The notes beneath the pieces were generated by a model. The model had not been told where the DNA came from. It worked only from the letters and a program-made list of their open reading frames with translations, and searched no databases. Positions 12,296 to 26,200 of a stretch of DNA of 64,000 nt are shown here, one piece after another. The stretch's first letter is position 1. The number at the start of each line of letters is the position of its first letter. Source of the stretch: Phoronis australis (taxonomy: Eukaryota; Animalia; Phoronida); NCBI GenBank assembly GCA_002633005.1, contig NMRA01000610.1:23533-87532 (forward strand), written 5' to 3'. The position numbers and the translations under genes were made by a program.

Positions 12296-14231
12296 GAACA
12301 TAAAGGACATTTTGAACACACAAGTGTATACAATTACAAAATACGTAGTTAGCAATAAATATAAAATTCCCTTTAGGAATAAATGTTTCACCATCATTAA
12401 AGGCAACTACTGTACAGGACAAAAGAAGAGAATCTGGATAAATAAAGACAATACTGCTTTGATATTCAAGGTGACGATTAGAAGACAAGAATCTATCTTC
12501 AGTACTTGCTGAAGTCTTAAGCTATCCCACACTGCACAAAATCTTTATTATAAATACACAAACAGTACCCACCTAAAAACGCCTGATTTCAACTTGATAG
12601 CATTGAGGCATTCTACAAACAGGTGAGAAGATCCGGGCATATTTCTTGAAAAATCCATTAGGTTTTGTCATCTGATTTTAGTCTGAAATCTGTAATATAC
12701 CTGTAATACCTATCGCGGACAGGGTCATTGGGGATATGCTGGTGCATTAATTCCCTCCCACACCATCCCCATGACAGTAAAAGGGGCAGAACTCCAGGGC
12801 TTACGTTGCCTGTAAGCATCTGATTTGACAACAAATCTGACAATAGATAGTCAAAGTTTTCTTTTTGCCTTTCGAATTTCTTGAAACCTTTTGTCTTGTC
12901 TCCCTCGAACAGACTACAGATTTCTGTCTTTTGATTTCCCAGGTGTAGACATATTTTCTGACTGAGCCTTAGCCTGTTTTCATGAAATAGGCTATCATAC
13001 GAAGACTGTTTTTTAGCCAAAAGCCAAAGAGCCAATAGATCATTCAATAAACAGGCCCCAGACCACAATGCATGCTCTGTTTGCACATTTGTTTGTCTCA
13101 GAACAGGAGTTCTTTCTGGAGGCAATACTCTGATATAACGTGCGCGTATTTTGAGAACCAGTTTGATGCCCGTTATTCAGTGGAGAAAACTGGTTCTCAA
13201 AACTCAGGCACGTTATATCTGACCATTACTCTTTCTGGATATCACTTCCAGTCAAAAATAAATGCTATCACAAGTACTGTCTAGAGCCTGGTAGATTGCC
13301 AAACAATTACAACATGATTCTAGACAACTAAGGCATATAAATTATGCAAACAAACAGAGGCTTCGACACTGATAATTCCTCAAATATTTAGCAGGTGAGG
13401 CTAAATCTTGCTATCAATGCCACATTCCTAGAAAGTCTAATTCTAGGAACTTTTGAAAAACAACGTTTCTCTCAATGTGATTCCGTTTCTATATGACATA
13501 TCATGATTTTTACTGTTGACATTATAACTTGGAAAATGCCAACTATAAAAGATGCCAACAACAAGAATAAATAAGTTCAGAACACAAAAGAAGCGGTAAA
13601 AGTTGAACCCCGAGTCCAAATCCTTGGCATGAATCGTACCTGGCGACACCTGTTCACTAGGCCGCAAAAATTATGATCCCTTCAGATGTGTTATTTATAT
13701 TTCCCTGAATAGAAATGCAATACAAGTGAAAGGATAAATAAGATATCGTATATGTTTCAGCAGCTCAGAGCTCTAAAAACTATGCATCTCGTACGCAGAC
13801 AGTCACTTTCAAGTGGTGTGCGTACGCTCATCAAAATAACTGCTATGGAAACTCGACCATAAATAAAACGAAATTAAATGTTAAAACCTGGTTAACAACA
13901 ACAAATGGACACATGACAATGACCTGCAGATAGATCTTAGAAAAATGGCGCAAATAACAAGAAGTATGACGCATTAACAACACGACATCGCAAACAATGA
14001 CTTCACCAATTCCACTATGGTGCTGCTGTATTAATGCCAATCCTATGTGCGTGGCAATCGCATCGTGTTGACAGGGCTTTACGTGGACAGTCATAAAAAC
14101 GTAGTTTCAAAAGTTACAGAAACTGTAAATATCTTCCGCCACACAGACATCAGCCACTTCTCAGTTTCCCTTTGTATGGTCCCTATTCTACATACTCAGC
14201 TTGCAGAGTGTAAGGTCCTCGCCCTAAGCAT

Positions 14232-17200
14232 CTAGACATGATGAATGAATAGACGACTCTCTTTGAAGTCCCTGTACAGTATAGGTAGGATACACACGAT
14301 GGTCATGAAATTCTGAAATTAAAATTAATCATACGTTAAAAATTTGACAGATAGGAAACCCAGCAAATAAAATCATGAAGCTACAATTATTATTATTATT
14401 GCAATAATGAACTACGAATAGTGTGACATTATGACTTGCCTGTCAACTAATTTACCAAAAAGACTGTAGAAAGAGTTCAAAACTTGACACATGATGCAAA
14501 ACACCAAACTCATTAAGTGCACAAATAGAAGTTTTTCTTTGGTCTGGAACAAAGTGGACAAGGCAACAAATATTGAAGATATACTTAAAGCAGCTGAATT
14601 ACCACTTCAAAATGCTGCTGAAATATTACCATCATTCAGAGCTACCAATGCTTACCATTCAACAAAACTGACTTATCGTTCAACACAGCTGACTTATCAT
14701 TTGGCACAGCTGATTTATCCTTTAACACTGCTAACTTATAATTCAACACCGCTGACTTTCCACTCAACAAAACTGACTTATCATTCAGCACAGCTGACTT
14801 ATCGTTCAACAATGTTGACTTATCGTGCGACAAAACCTACTTATCCTTCAACACAGCTGACTTATCATTCAAAGCACTTCACTTATCATGCAACACAGCT
14901 GATTTACCCTTCAACACAGGTGACTTATATCATTCACCCCTGCTGACTTATCAATCAACACTGTTGTCTTATCAATCAACACTGTTGACTTATCAATCAA
15001 CACTACGGACTTATCAATCAACACTGCTGACTTATCGATCAACACTGCTGACTGCTGACTTACCATTCAACACTGCGGACTTACCATTAAAATGAAGAAG
15101 TAGAACACCCAGTGCCAGTTGAGCCTATTTTTAATAACAGGAACTAAACCCTGGAAAACAAAATTAAAGAAATTTCATTTTGAGTCACTGTCAGATGCAT
15201 TCAACTGGTAATCTTCAAAATATCCCAGTGATCATTGCTAGATAATGTGAGGATGTGCCACGTTGAGGATTTTTTGTACCTCAATCAAAGATCATGATTG
15301 TCCTTGATGTATCACAAACAAACAATTTGGTTAAACTTGAACTTTAGTCTTCTTATTTGCCAAACTCAGATTGTTCCAACTCCAACCAGGTACGGTAAAG
15401 ACTAGTACTTACTAGACCTATGGCAGCTCCAACACTGCCAGTTCCATCAACAATGCCTGTCACAGTAGCCAAAGCCTCACTGTTGCCTTTTATTGGCCCT
15501 TGGCGACCTGTAAAGCACCAAAGAAACAAGTATTCACAATGAAATGTATCCAATGTTATGTCCGGACGCGTCAACACAGCTCACAAATCCCAACTGTAAA
15601 CTACGCTTTTGACAGCACTTTTTGATTCCTTTACTTAGCAAAACAGCATCCTACTGCAGCTGGATTTCATTTATCTCCAATGTCACTAATCTCCTCTTTA
15701 GTCGCTGAGCGTGCTCTCTCCCAAGTTACAAGTAGGAATTTTTTTTGTTTCTTTACTTTAGAAGAATTTTCTGACCACACTTCTTTGACCGATATTTCCC
15801 ACTCCTCTACATGACTTTTCCAGCTGCCCTGTGAAATCAGACACCTCAACCACTGCGTACTACTTTCTTATTATGTAACAAACAGGCTGCTGGTCAAGTG
15901 TGCATAATGATATCATCAAACTTATGCCATCTTGGCTCTCCACCAACATTATGCTCCTAGTAACACGCCGCCCATCAAATAGTGCAGAAACAAAAAGGCA
16001 TTTTCTAAATGACTGGAGAGTAAAGGACTTGTTTTGAATCATAAGAGACAAATCGCATACGCAAATATAATGTAAGTTATGACAAAGTTACATTAATTTT
16101 TCAGACTATTAGTCAACATTTGTATTGTATACTCATACGCCAATCAACAAGGGCAGAACACATGAAACAATTGGTAAACAACATTGAACAACAATCGAAA
16201 TTCTTGGTCAATTTTAAAATTTCAAACACATGTTTCTACCTTTCACAAAGAATTCAATATCTGTAAAATCGTTGTCCTTAAATGAGTAAGGGTCACATTA
16301 TCACTAATTACACTAGATTACGCAAGACTGCGATAAGCACCAAAGTTTGCTCAACCAATTCTTTGATCATGCCGCCAGTAAAAATGGTCAGCTGACTGAC
16401 TCTTTGCCAAGAAGTGACCGACGCTAGTCTGCTCATAAAATTCTTCTAATGATTTCCTAAGTGCAGACGCAAGGATTCTAGTCTTGGCAGCTCTGAAAAA
16501 AAGCTAGGGGGTGCATGTGTGGGCAACAGCCGGTGAGAAGCTTACCCAAGTCTGCTGATATTGCTGAGCTGATTAAGTTGGCAGGACCACCGATGAAGAA
16601 ACCGGTAACCGCTAGCAACAAGGAATTAATGGTGGTGTCACCTGGTGACTCTGTAATGAATGAACTCATGAGATTAAACCACTGAAACAACGGTGCAACA
16701 TGTATAAGAGTGCATTGTGCATTACTATTACTATGAACACGATTTTTGATCAGAAATGTCTAATTTCCTAATAGGCGACTTGGATTTCAGACATTCGTTA
16801 GTTGGCAGAAGTATTAGATGCCGATCATGTAAAAAATCATGCATTTAGGAAGTCATGTAAGACACTTAGCATACAGGTACCCCATGATGGTGAGCTGTAT
16901 TCTACTCTCAGCCTATAGCATTCACCAAATGTTATGAACAAGGACCTTAATTCATGCACACAACAAAGTGAATATTGAGTTCTATATTATGACACTTGTT
17001 ATCAGCGACTGACATTATGCTAATTAGCTGTCGATGGAAAACAACCCGCTAGTCAACGGTCAACTGAACCTGTACGGGTCATACTAACTTCACTAAGTAA
17101 GCACAGTAACTAGAGCAGACAGACCAAGTACAATGTGTTCAGTGATATTTATTAGGTTTGGATGGGTAACTGGTAGGAATAATGGTTTGGGATTTTGTGG

Positions 17201-20200
17201 AAGGCGAAAAAGCATGGGTGTCATTCACACACATAATGGGTCTTTTGAGATTGACATGCCAGGTCAATGAAAGCAGTTCTTTAAGAACTCTGCTCTGTCA
17301 TACAACTGTCCCAGTAAGACTGTATTATACACAGCTTAAGAAAGAGTTTATAGTCTTGTCCCCCCGTGGATTAGAGAAATTGCAGAAACAAGAGGTTGAG
17401 CACTAAATGTAGTGACAACTACGTCACTTCGCTATCATGGTAATATTCAGTTACAGGGCCTTGCCTTTTGAGAACCAGTTTTCTCCACTGAATAACGACC
17501 ATCAAACTGATTCTCAAAACCCTAATCACCTGCAAGAGACTACTGGCCACCATCTCTGCACAGCCAATATGGGCCTGAAATGCACCTCCACTGTAGCCAG
17601 GTATCAAAACTTACACTAATTTGAAAATTAAAATAAAACCATAAACGGTGTCTTACCTCCTTTGAATCAAGCGGCTTAAAATTTTCACACCTTTACTTTC
17701 AACTTGATACTTAAAACACCTGTTCAACTACCAGTAAACAAAATACTGATAAAAGATTGACTGAATTATGTAATGTGTGAATGCATTGATTTTGTTATTA
17801 CCCCCTATGGATTAACGAATAGCCAAACCCAGAATGAATGAAAGTGAATGCAGAAAGAAGAGACTGAGCACTAAATGTAGTGTCAACTTCGTCACTTCAC
17901 TATCATGGTAATCTGTTTGGACGATGTATCTCTGCATGTATATCCATGTGTTTGCAATACAAAACTACTCACGACTGTATGCCACCAGAGCAGGGAATGC
18001 AAGAAGAAGTAAACCCACAACAGTAGGCGACCTCTGGTGGAAATAATCCTGCAAAAAACAGTGTCATGGTGACTAATCACGTAGTGTTCATCAGTGGAAC
18101 TTCAGCCATGTTACATAAAGCAGTAAACACAGAATGAAAAACTCTGGTAATATTTAAAATGAGGTGACAGCAATGCTTTCCAAGAGAGCCCTCAGCAACA
18201 AAATATAAAACAGTATTAAAATAAAGTAGTAAAACAATAATCAAATAAACAAGAAACAATTAAATCAGGTTGAGAATTTAGATGATAAATGAATATTAGT
18301 CGTCCATTTAATATTTTTAAAAGACAGACAGTTCTAAAATAATTTGGTATTGCAGGTAGTAAGGCCATAGACGCACATTGCTCTTATTTTACATGGCGTA
18401 GTTCAATCTGGCTCGCAGTGTGAAGATGGTGCGAAATGAGGTGGGCCTTATTTTTTGAATTTCTCAAAGAACAAAGTCCTACAAAAAGAATTAGAGTATA
18501 TCACACTAGAAAAGAGAGCCATTTTATCTGGGTGAGAGCCTCCTTTTCAGATGTACACTGCCTACTTAGAAAAAAACAGTTGAGAATAGCATTCTATTCG
18601 AGACTCCGCATAACCATTGTTTGTCAAGATTAGTTGACTAAACAAAAAAGTTTTGCATTAACTGTCCTGAGAACACTGTAATTGTGGGATCTGTACTGCA
18701 TTAATTATATTGAATAACAAATTGAGACAAAAATTCGTCAAATCATTGATTTCATAGCCTCCACGGGTATAATAACTATGTTAAACCAGTCAAAATATTT
18801 GATCGAGCGCTACTCTTACTAGTTTTTACGCTAAAGTGTATACTTACAGAGATAACACCACCCAGGATTCCAGCTGAAATAACAAGAAAAAAATTACTAA
18901 CAGATTATGAAAACTGACTTGACTTCACAAAGGTACTGATTCAGAAACTTTTTTCAAAACATGATGAACATTTTTCAGGATAATACCTAGCAAAATGGTG
19001 TATGAGCAAAACATATGATGAAACTTATAGACTGTATGCAGGAAGATGATGAACAAAATTTGGTTTACCCTTTGGGACACCCGTTCGTGTGACTGACGTG
19101 AAATTTAAGGATAATGAAACCACTAGCAGATGCTTGTGAAACAATAGTCCCACCTTAAGAAATGCACGTGACCAGACGTAAGAAACATAAGTTTAACACG
19201 TCAACTGAAATTGAAAGCTGCCCTGAGAGATGTAGCAGAAATTTGGCTACGCACACACATGCAAGCACACATAAACACAAGGAGCAGTCAAAGGTGCGTG
19301 CTGATTACGGCTAGCCAAAGTTGCAGCTAAAGCACAGGCCAAAAGTATTCAGACAAAATGATTGGGAGTTCTTGTCACGATGGCTAGGAGGAAGCCTAAT
19401 TCATCGTCAGAATAAATCATTCCTCAAGACCAAGTAAGAAGGGCAACAATCAGGAAAGTTATAATTAGAATTTTGCCAGCTTAATAATTATTACCAGATG
19501 TTGATTTTTGTTGTTAGGGCTGTTCCAGCAAAATCTGTGTGGGAGGGGGGGAAGGCAACTGAAATAAAAATTTATGGGTGGTTGCGTTTGATATATATTC
19601 AAAATGGCTGATGGTCGTACTTCAAAAAAATAAAAATTTACAGGTCGTTGTTGTTTCATTGGGCCATAAATGTTTGATGGTGGGTAATTTTAGTAAATTT
19701 TATAAACAATCCGCACAGAATCAAAAACTGAAACAAAAATAAAACTTGCAAAAAGCTCCGACTTTTTCACTCCCTCCATCTCCTCTTCGGCATGCAAATA
19801 ACACCATTTAACCACAGGTACTCGAATTTCTCGATGGCTAATAACCATATATAAGAAACATATGTTTTCTTAGTAATGAATGATGTTAGAGGTGATGGAG
19901 GAACAGATAAACTCAAGCGCCTGTGCAGTCAGCCACAAGAACAAAAAAAAATTACGGGTGGTTGCATTTCAAACTTATAAAAAATTACGGGTGGTAGGCT
20001 GAAGAAATAAATGAAAAATATGGGTGGTGGGTGCGAAAAATGGTGCCTTCCCCCCCCCTCCCATACAGATTTTACTGGAACAGCCCTTAACAGAATAAGC
20101 AGTCATGGTGGGAAAACAGTATTTTGTCTGATTACTTTAAATTTGTCTTGTACCTTCAGCACCAAATAGTGAATGCCAAGTCACTATTGGCTACAGTAAG

Positions 20201-23200
20201 TTGCTCAGTACTCACCAGATGTCGCTAACACTCACCTATAATCCCACCCACATCGTACCAGATGGAGATTTCGTCAGCCATACTTTCTTTCTTACCCAGA
20301 GCCTCAGACAAGTAAAATGGCAACCAGAAGAAGAATGAGTAGTTGACCAACTTGAGGCAAGCGTAGGCCAGGGCATACTATAGACAAATAATCAATTTCA
20401 TTTTAACCAACAGAAAATAAAGTTGTCAAGTGGAAGTGTTGATTTTGAGTTTTGGAGCCAATTTTACTGACAAAAGTAGTTACGATTGACGTAGTTTTTT
20501 TATAAATTAAAATAAAATAACTCAGCGATTAACGGTTCCCCTTCATTTTCACCAGCATTCGTCAGTTTGATGTGCATTTCCCAGCCAACTGTGAACATGA
20601 AAGTACCATCTACTATCGTTTTTTCGCCACAAATAGGGTTTTTTGCAGCTCTGTGGACTATTTTCTTTGCAAAAACAATCTCAATGTCATGCTTGGCCAT
20701 TTGACAATAACAGTGACTATAAATGATGTTTGCCAGAATGAGGCACAGGCGGAGATAGCATTCCGCCAATCGCAGATAGAAGTACTTTCCAACACTTCAG
20801 GTCAGATGGCAATGAATATTCAGTAAATGAGGTGATACATAACTGCGATTCACTAAATTTTGTGTGAATGAACATGAAAGACAAATAAAAATGTGAAATC
20901 TGCCGCAGCGCCTACTTGAGTTATTTTGCAAGGAGATACAGAAGTGGACGCCAGATGGCCAGACAGTAATATGCACTCACATAATGTCTGTTAAAGATGA
21001 AACTACAAAAACTTGCTGTCACGCTTAAATTGATGCAAGCTCAGCTGGTCGACCTACCATGAGAACGCCTGGAAGGAGGAATGCTCGGAAAAAACCGATG
21101 GCCTTGGGTCTCACAATATGTACATCTTCATTATGCTCCTCATCCTCAAGTAAGGGTGCTGTGGATATAAACATTACGAAGACTCAATGGAGAAAAAAAT
21201 AGACTTTCCACTTGCAATTTGACAACAAAGCTGTAAAAAAGCATAAATACCAGGCTCAACATGACCACAGTAATGTCGTTTACACATCAAAACGCACAAA
21301 TCATTTTGACTCCCATTTTGAAATCACTTTACAAGACAATTTAATGCTTTTGAAATACAGATAACAATGACACTGTAAAATATAAAAAATAAGAAGAAAC
21401 TATAAGTCCTGGAAAGCATCGCTTGTCAAGGTGAATATTGCAATTATGCAAGACCCTAGAAAATTGTTGGCCAACTTCGAAACGTCATATTTCAGAAATA
21501 ATCAACTGGATTGATTTGAAATGTTCAGATACCAGGCTCCCTAAAATCCCGTTCGGAACTGTTTTAGCATGAGGGCCTATCGAAAAATAAAACATTTATG
21601 ATTTTTAAGAAAAAATAAAAGTTGGATTTTAAAATGACAAGTGATAAATTAGAAAATTGTGGGTTACAGTTTTTGAAATTTCATGTTGATCATTTGTCTC
21701 AAACAAAATTTGTTGTTTAGCTACGAAATCAAAATTGTTTTTGCTAAATTTGAACAGAAACACATGGCCACATGACCTGATTGATGGCAAACAGGTATAA
21801 AGTCAAAAAATTAGATTCTGCAGTCTCAATGTAGAATATACCTTCACTGAGTAAAAACCAATAATTTTATAGATATTTGGATGTTCAACACAGATGTGTC
21901 AATGAGGTCCTACGTAAGCCTTAGGGGGTAAAGCAACCATTTTTGACATCACCATCAGTTGGATACAGATCCCTCCATATTTTGGGAGGTACATTTATCA
22001 AGGCTTGGAATGACAAATGGCGAAAAACGCGGAAATTTTTACTACGGCCCGAAACCCGAAACATGCGCGCAGCCAGCCTTGAAAAACTCGGTGTGGACCT
22101 TTTGCCGACAAGTCGAGAGGGCTAACAAAAAAAAACAGTACTACCTGAATAAGCGTGCGTCTGCGTCTGTCTTAGCTCGTCCGCCACTAACACCTCCAAA
22201 CATTTTTGGCTGCAGAGCCGTAGTATTTGTCACCGTGGTTTACAATCACACGAGCCGCCATTGAGGAAATCCACCACGCTATCCCCGATGCCCCGGCAAT
22301 GTTGGCAATTAACGTTCCCCCGATACATAAAGAGCAATTTCCGCTTTTCGAGGTGAAAGTTGTCAGCAACGCGGCGTTAAGAAAGAAATTTGCCGCGGAA
22401 ATTTTACATCAAATCCAATTTTTTTTACGCGGAAATATAATAAATTACACAAACAGAACATTTGAAAAAAGCGGAAATCCGCGTTTCCGCGGAAAATTCC
22501 AAGCGCTGATTTATCATTTGTTGTCCTGGTGAGTGTCCACGAAACAATAGAAAGCTGTGTAAACAGCCACAATGCAAGGCTACAGACCGACTACAATGAT
22601 CACAGACAACATACCTGAAGGATCACTATCATCTGGCAATTTATCATCTTCATCTTCCTCGGGCTCGGGTAGACCGACATCTCTCGGCGACGGGACGAGG
22701 CCGAAGAAAACGATGACACCAAAGGCAAACAGTGTTGATGAACTCAGCAGGAAGGTGTACTGCAGGCAAAGATATTTTAAATAAGATGTCTGTCACAGAG
22801 TAATGTGTGTCACATTTACGGAACAGTGTCACCTTTTGGTGGGATCTCAAGTTTAAAAAGGTAATTCAAAAACCTTACAACTGATACACTTAAAAACAAA
22901 ATATTATACAATTGCTGTGTGATACTGGAATAAACAAATAATCAAAACAAAACTGTGCCTTGTTTCATTCGGTAACGATGAATTATTACCACAGTCATTT
23001 ACATAAAAATAGTCTCGCAAAATGAGACTTTCACGAGATTGTAAAGGAAACTGGTTCTCGGATGGTTTCCGGCACACTGGAGGACACGGGGTTGCTTGTA
23101 AATCAGTACTTCATTTGCATAATATTCACAATTTAATGAGACTAGGCATCTTTATGGTCACTGCCTATCTTCATTACCAAGGGCCACATTTCCTTTAATA

Positions 23201-26200
23201 TATTTTGAAATATTAATTGTCAGTATGTAAAAGCATATATTTTTCAAATCCTTGATAATCAGGGAAGTCGATAATGATAACAAAAACGTTGCTCAAACGT
23301 CTGCAATCACATGACCACATTTTTCATACTAAAAATCACGATTTTCCAGGGAGACCGCCATAATTCCCATAGGTCTATTTTTTTCCTAGGAGGGCAGTAG
23401 ATTTTGATTTGGTCTATTAGCCGCAACACCGTGTCTGGGATTTTTCAAGGTCTTTGAACCCGCAATCTCGTCTGCCAAAAATTGAGAACTCGACTTTCCG
23501 TGAAATGTTCGGCGGAGATACAGAGATAGATGCCAAAGACTGCCAATAGATGGTGCCACAGTAGTCAGAGTCATCAGAAAATCATTATCAACCGTCTTCT
23601 TTACAGTGAAAATATACACGCCAGTTTTCATAATCATCCTTAGAGTGGTTTGGTTGATAGAGGGGCGGACGCCAAAAATAGACTAGAGAACAGTGAGTAA
23701 AAATGGTCAACAGATAGAGCAAATTACGCGGAATCCATTCAAAAACAGGAACATGTCAGTGACTCTTTAATATGAACCTATTTACCAGGTTTCATAAAAA
23801 TCCAACAAGGAGCTTCAAAGAAAAAGAGGAAAACGTAAAAAAAGAAATTGCCACAAGGGGGCATAGCAATTGTGGGATCCGTCCAAAAGTCATTGTCAAA
23901 GTCAAATAAATGCATTTGCTAAATTTATTAAAAATCATATAAATATGAGGGAGCATAAGATACAAATTAGTTTCGTTCGTAAATTCACTGTCCTGTGTTT
24001 TTATGTTCATCATTTTTTACAAGCACAAACCTGGAAATACGACTGCAGAATGTGCCGTCATTCCTATTTTCCAGTGGGCATTTGTCAAGTGCTGTACATT
24101 ATTTTGCGGTTCTATTTGTAAACTACTTTGTCCNCGCAATTTGACAACAAAGCTGTAAAAAAGCATAAATACCAGGCTCAACATGCCCACAGTAATGTCG
24201 TTTACACGTCAAAACGCACAAATCATTTTGACTCCCATTTTGAAATCACTTTACAAGACAGTTTAATGCTTTTGAAATACAGATAACAATGACACTGTAA
24301 AATATAGAAAATAAGTCCTGGAAAGCATCGCTTGTCAAGGTGAATATTGCAATTATGCAAGACCCTAGAAAATTGTTGGCCAACTTCGAAACGTCATATT
24401 TCAGAAATAATCACCTGGATTAATTTGAAATGTTCAGATACCAGGCTCCCTAAAATCCCGTTTGGAACTGTTTTAGCATGAGGGCCTTTCGAAAAATAAA
24501 ACATTTATGATTTTTAAGAAAAAATAAAAGTTGGATTTTAAAATGACAAGTGATAAATTAGAAAATTATGGGTTACAGTTTTTGAAATTTCATGTTGATC
24601 ATTTGTCTCAAACAAAATTTGTTGTTTAGCTACGAAATCAAAATTGTTTTTGCTAAATTTGAACAGAAACATATGGCCACATGACTTGATTGATGGCAAA
24701 CAGGTATAAAGTCAAAAAATTAGATTCTGCAGTCTCAATGTAGAAAATACCTTCACTGAGTAAAAACCAATAATTTTATAGATATTTGGAAGTTCAACAC
24801 AGATGTGTCAATGAGGTCCTACGTAAGCCTTACGGGGGTAAAGCAACCATTTTTGACATCACCTCCATATTTTGGGAGGTACATTTATCAGGGCTTGGAA
24901 TGACAAATGGCGAAAAACGTGGAAATTTTTACTACGGCCCGAAACCCGAAACATGAGCGCAGCCAGCCTTGAAAAACTCGGTGTGGACCTTTTGCCGACA
25001 AGTCGAGAGGGCTAACAAAAAAAAACGGTACTACCTCCACAAGCGTGCGTCTGCGTCTGTCTTAGCTCGTCCGCCACTCCCACCTCCAAACATTTTTGGC
25101 TGCAGAGCCGTAGTATTTGTCACCGCGGTTTACAATCACATGAGCCGCCATTGAGGAAATCCACCACGCTATCCCCGATGCCCTGGCAATGTTGACAATT
25201 TACGTTCCTCCGATACATAAAGAGCAATTTCCGCTTTTCGAGGTGAAAGTCGTCGGCAACGCGGCGGTAAGAAAGAAATTTGCCGCGGAAATTTTACATC
25301 AAATCCGATTTTTTTTTACGCGGAAATATAATAAAATACACGAACAGAACATTTGAAAAAAGCGAAAATCCGCGTTTCTGCGGAAAATTCCAAGCCCTGA
25401 TTTATCATTTGTTGTCCTGGCGAGTGTCCACGAAGCAATAGAAAGCTGTGTAAACAGCCACAATGCAAGGCTACAGACCGACTACAATGATCACAGACAA
25501 CATACCTGAAGGATCACTGTCATCTGGCAATTTATCATCTTCATCTTCCTCGGGCTCAGGTAGACCGACATCTCTCGGTGATGGGACGAGGCCGAAGAAA
25601 ACAATGACACCAAAGGCAAACAGTGTTGATGAACTCAGCAGGAAGGTGTACTGCAGGCAAAGATATTTTAAATAAGATGTCTGTCACAGAGTAATGTGTG
25701 TCACATATACGGAACAGTGTCACCTTTTGGTGGGATCTCAAGTACAATATGGAAGTTTAAAAAGGTAATTCAAAAAACCTTACAACTGATACACTTAAAA
25801 ACAAAATATTATACAATTGTTGTGCGATACTGGAATAAACAAATAATCAAAACAAAACTGTGCCTTGTTTCATTCGGTAACGAAGAAATATTACCACAGT
25901 CACTTACATAAAAATAGTCTCGCAAAACAAGACTTTCACGAGATTGTAAAGGAAACTGGTTCTCGGATGGTTTCCGGCACACTGGAGGACACGGGGTTGC
26001 TTGTAAATCAGTACTTCATTTGCAAAAATTCACAGTTTAATGAGACTAGGCATCTTTATGGTCACTGCCTACCTTCATGTCCAAGGACCACATTTCCTTT
26101 AATATATTTTGAAATATTAATTGTCAGTATGTAAAAGCATATATTTTTCAAGTCCTTGATAATCAGGGAAGTCGATAATGAGAACAAAAACGTTGCTCAA

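Noticed and set aside
12658-13125. 155-aa minus-strand ORF
   Set aside because: No recognisable motif; lies within the probable SLC37A3 3' UTR.
14491-14946. 151-aa ORF with TQLTYHS repeats
   Set aside because: Translation of the 21-bp minisatellite, antisense within an SLC37A3 intron.
22572-22784. Duplicated 70-aa Ser-rich plus-strand ORF (also 25463-25675)
   Set aside because: Antisense shadow of SLC37A3 exon 6.
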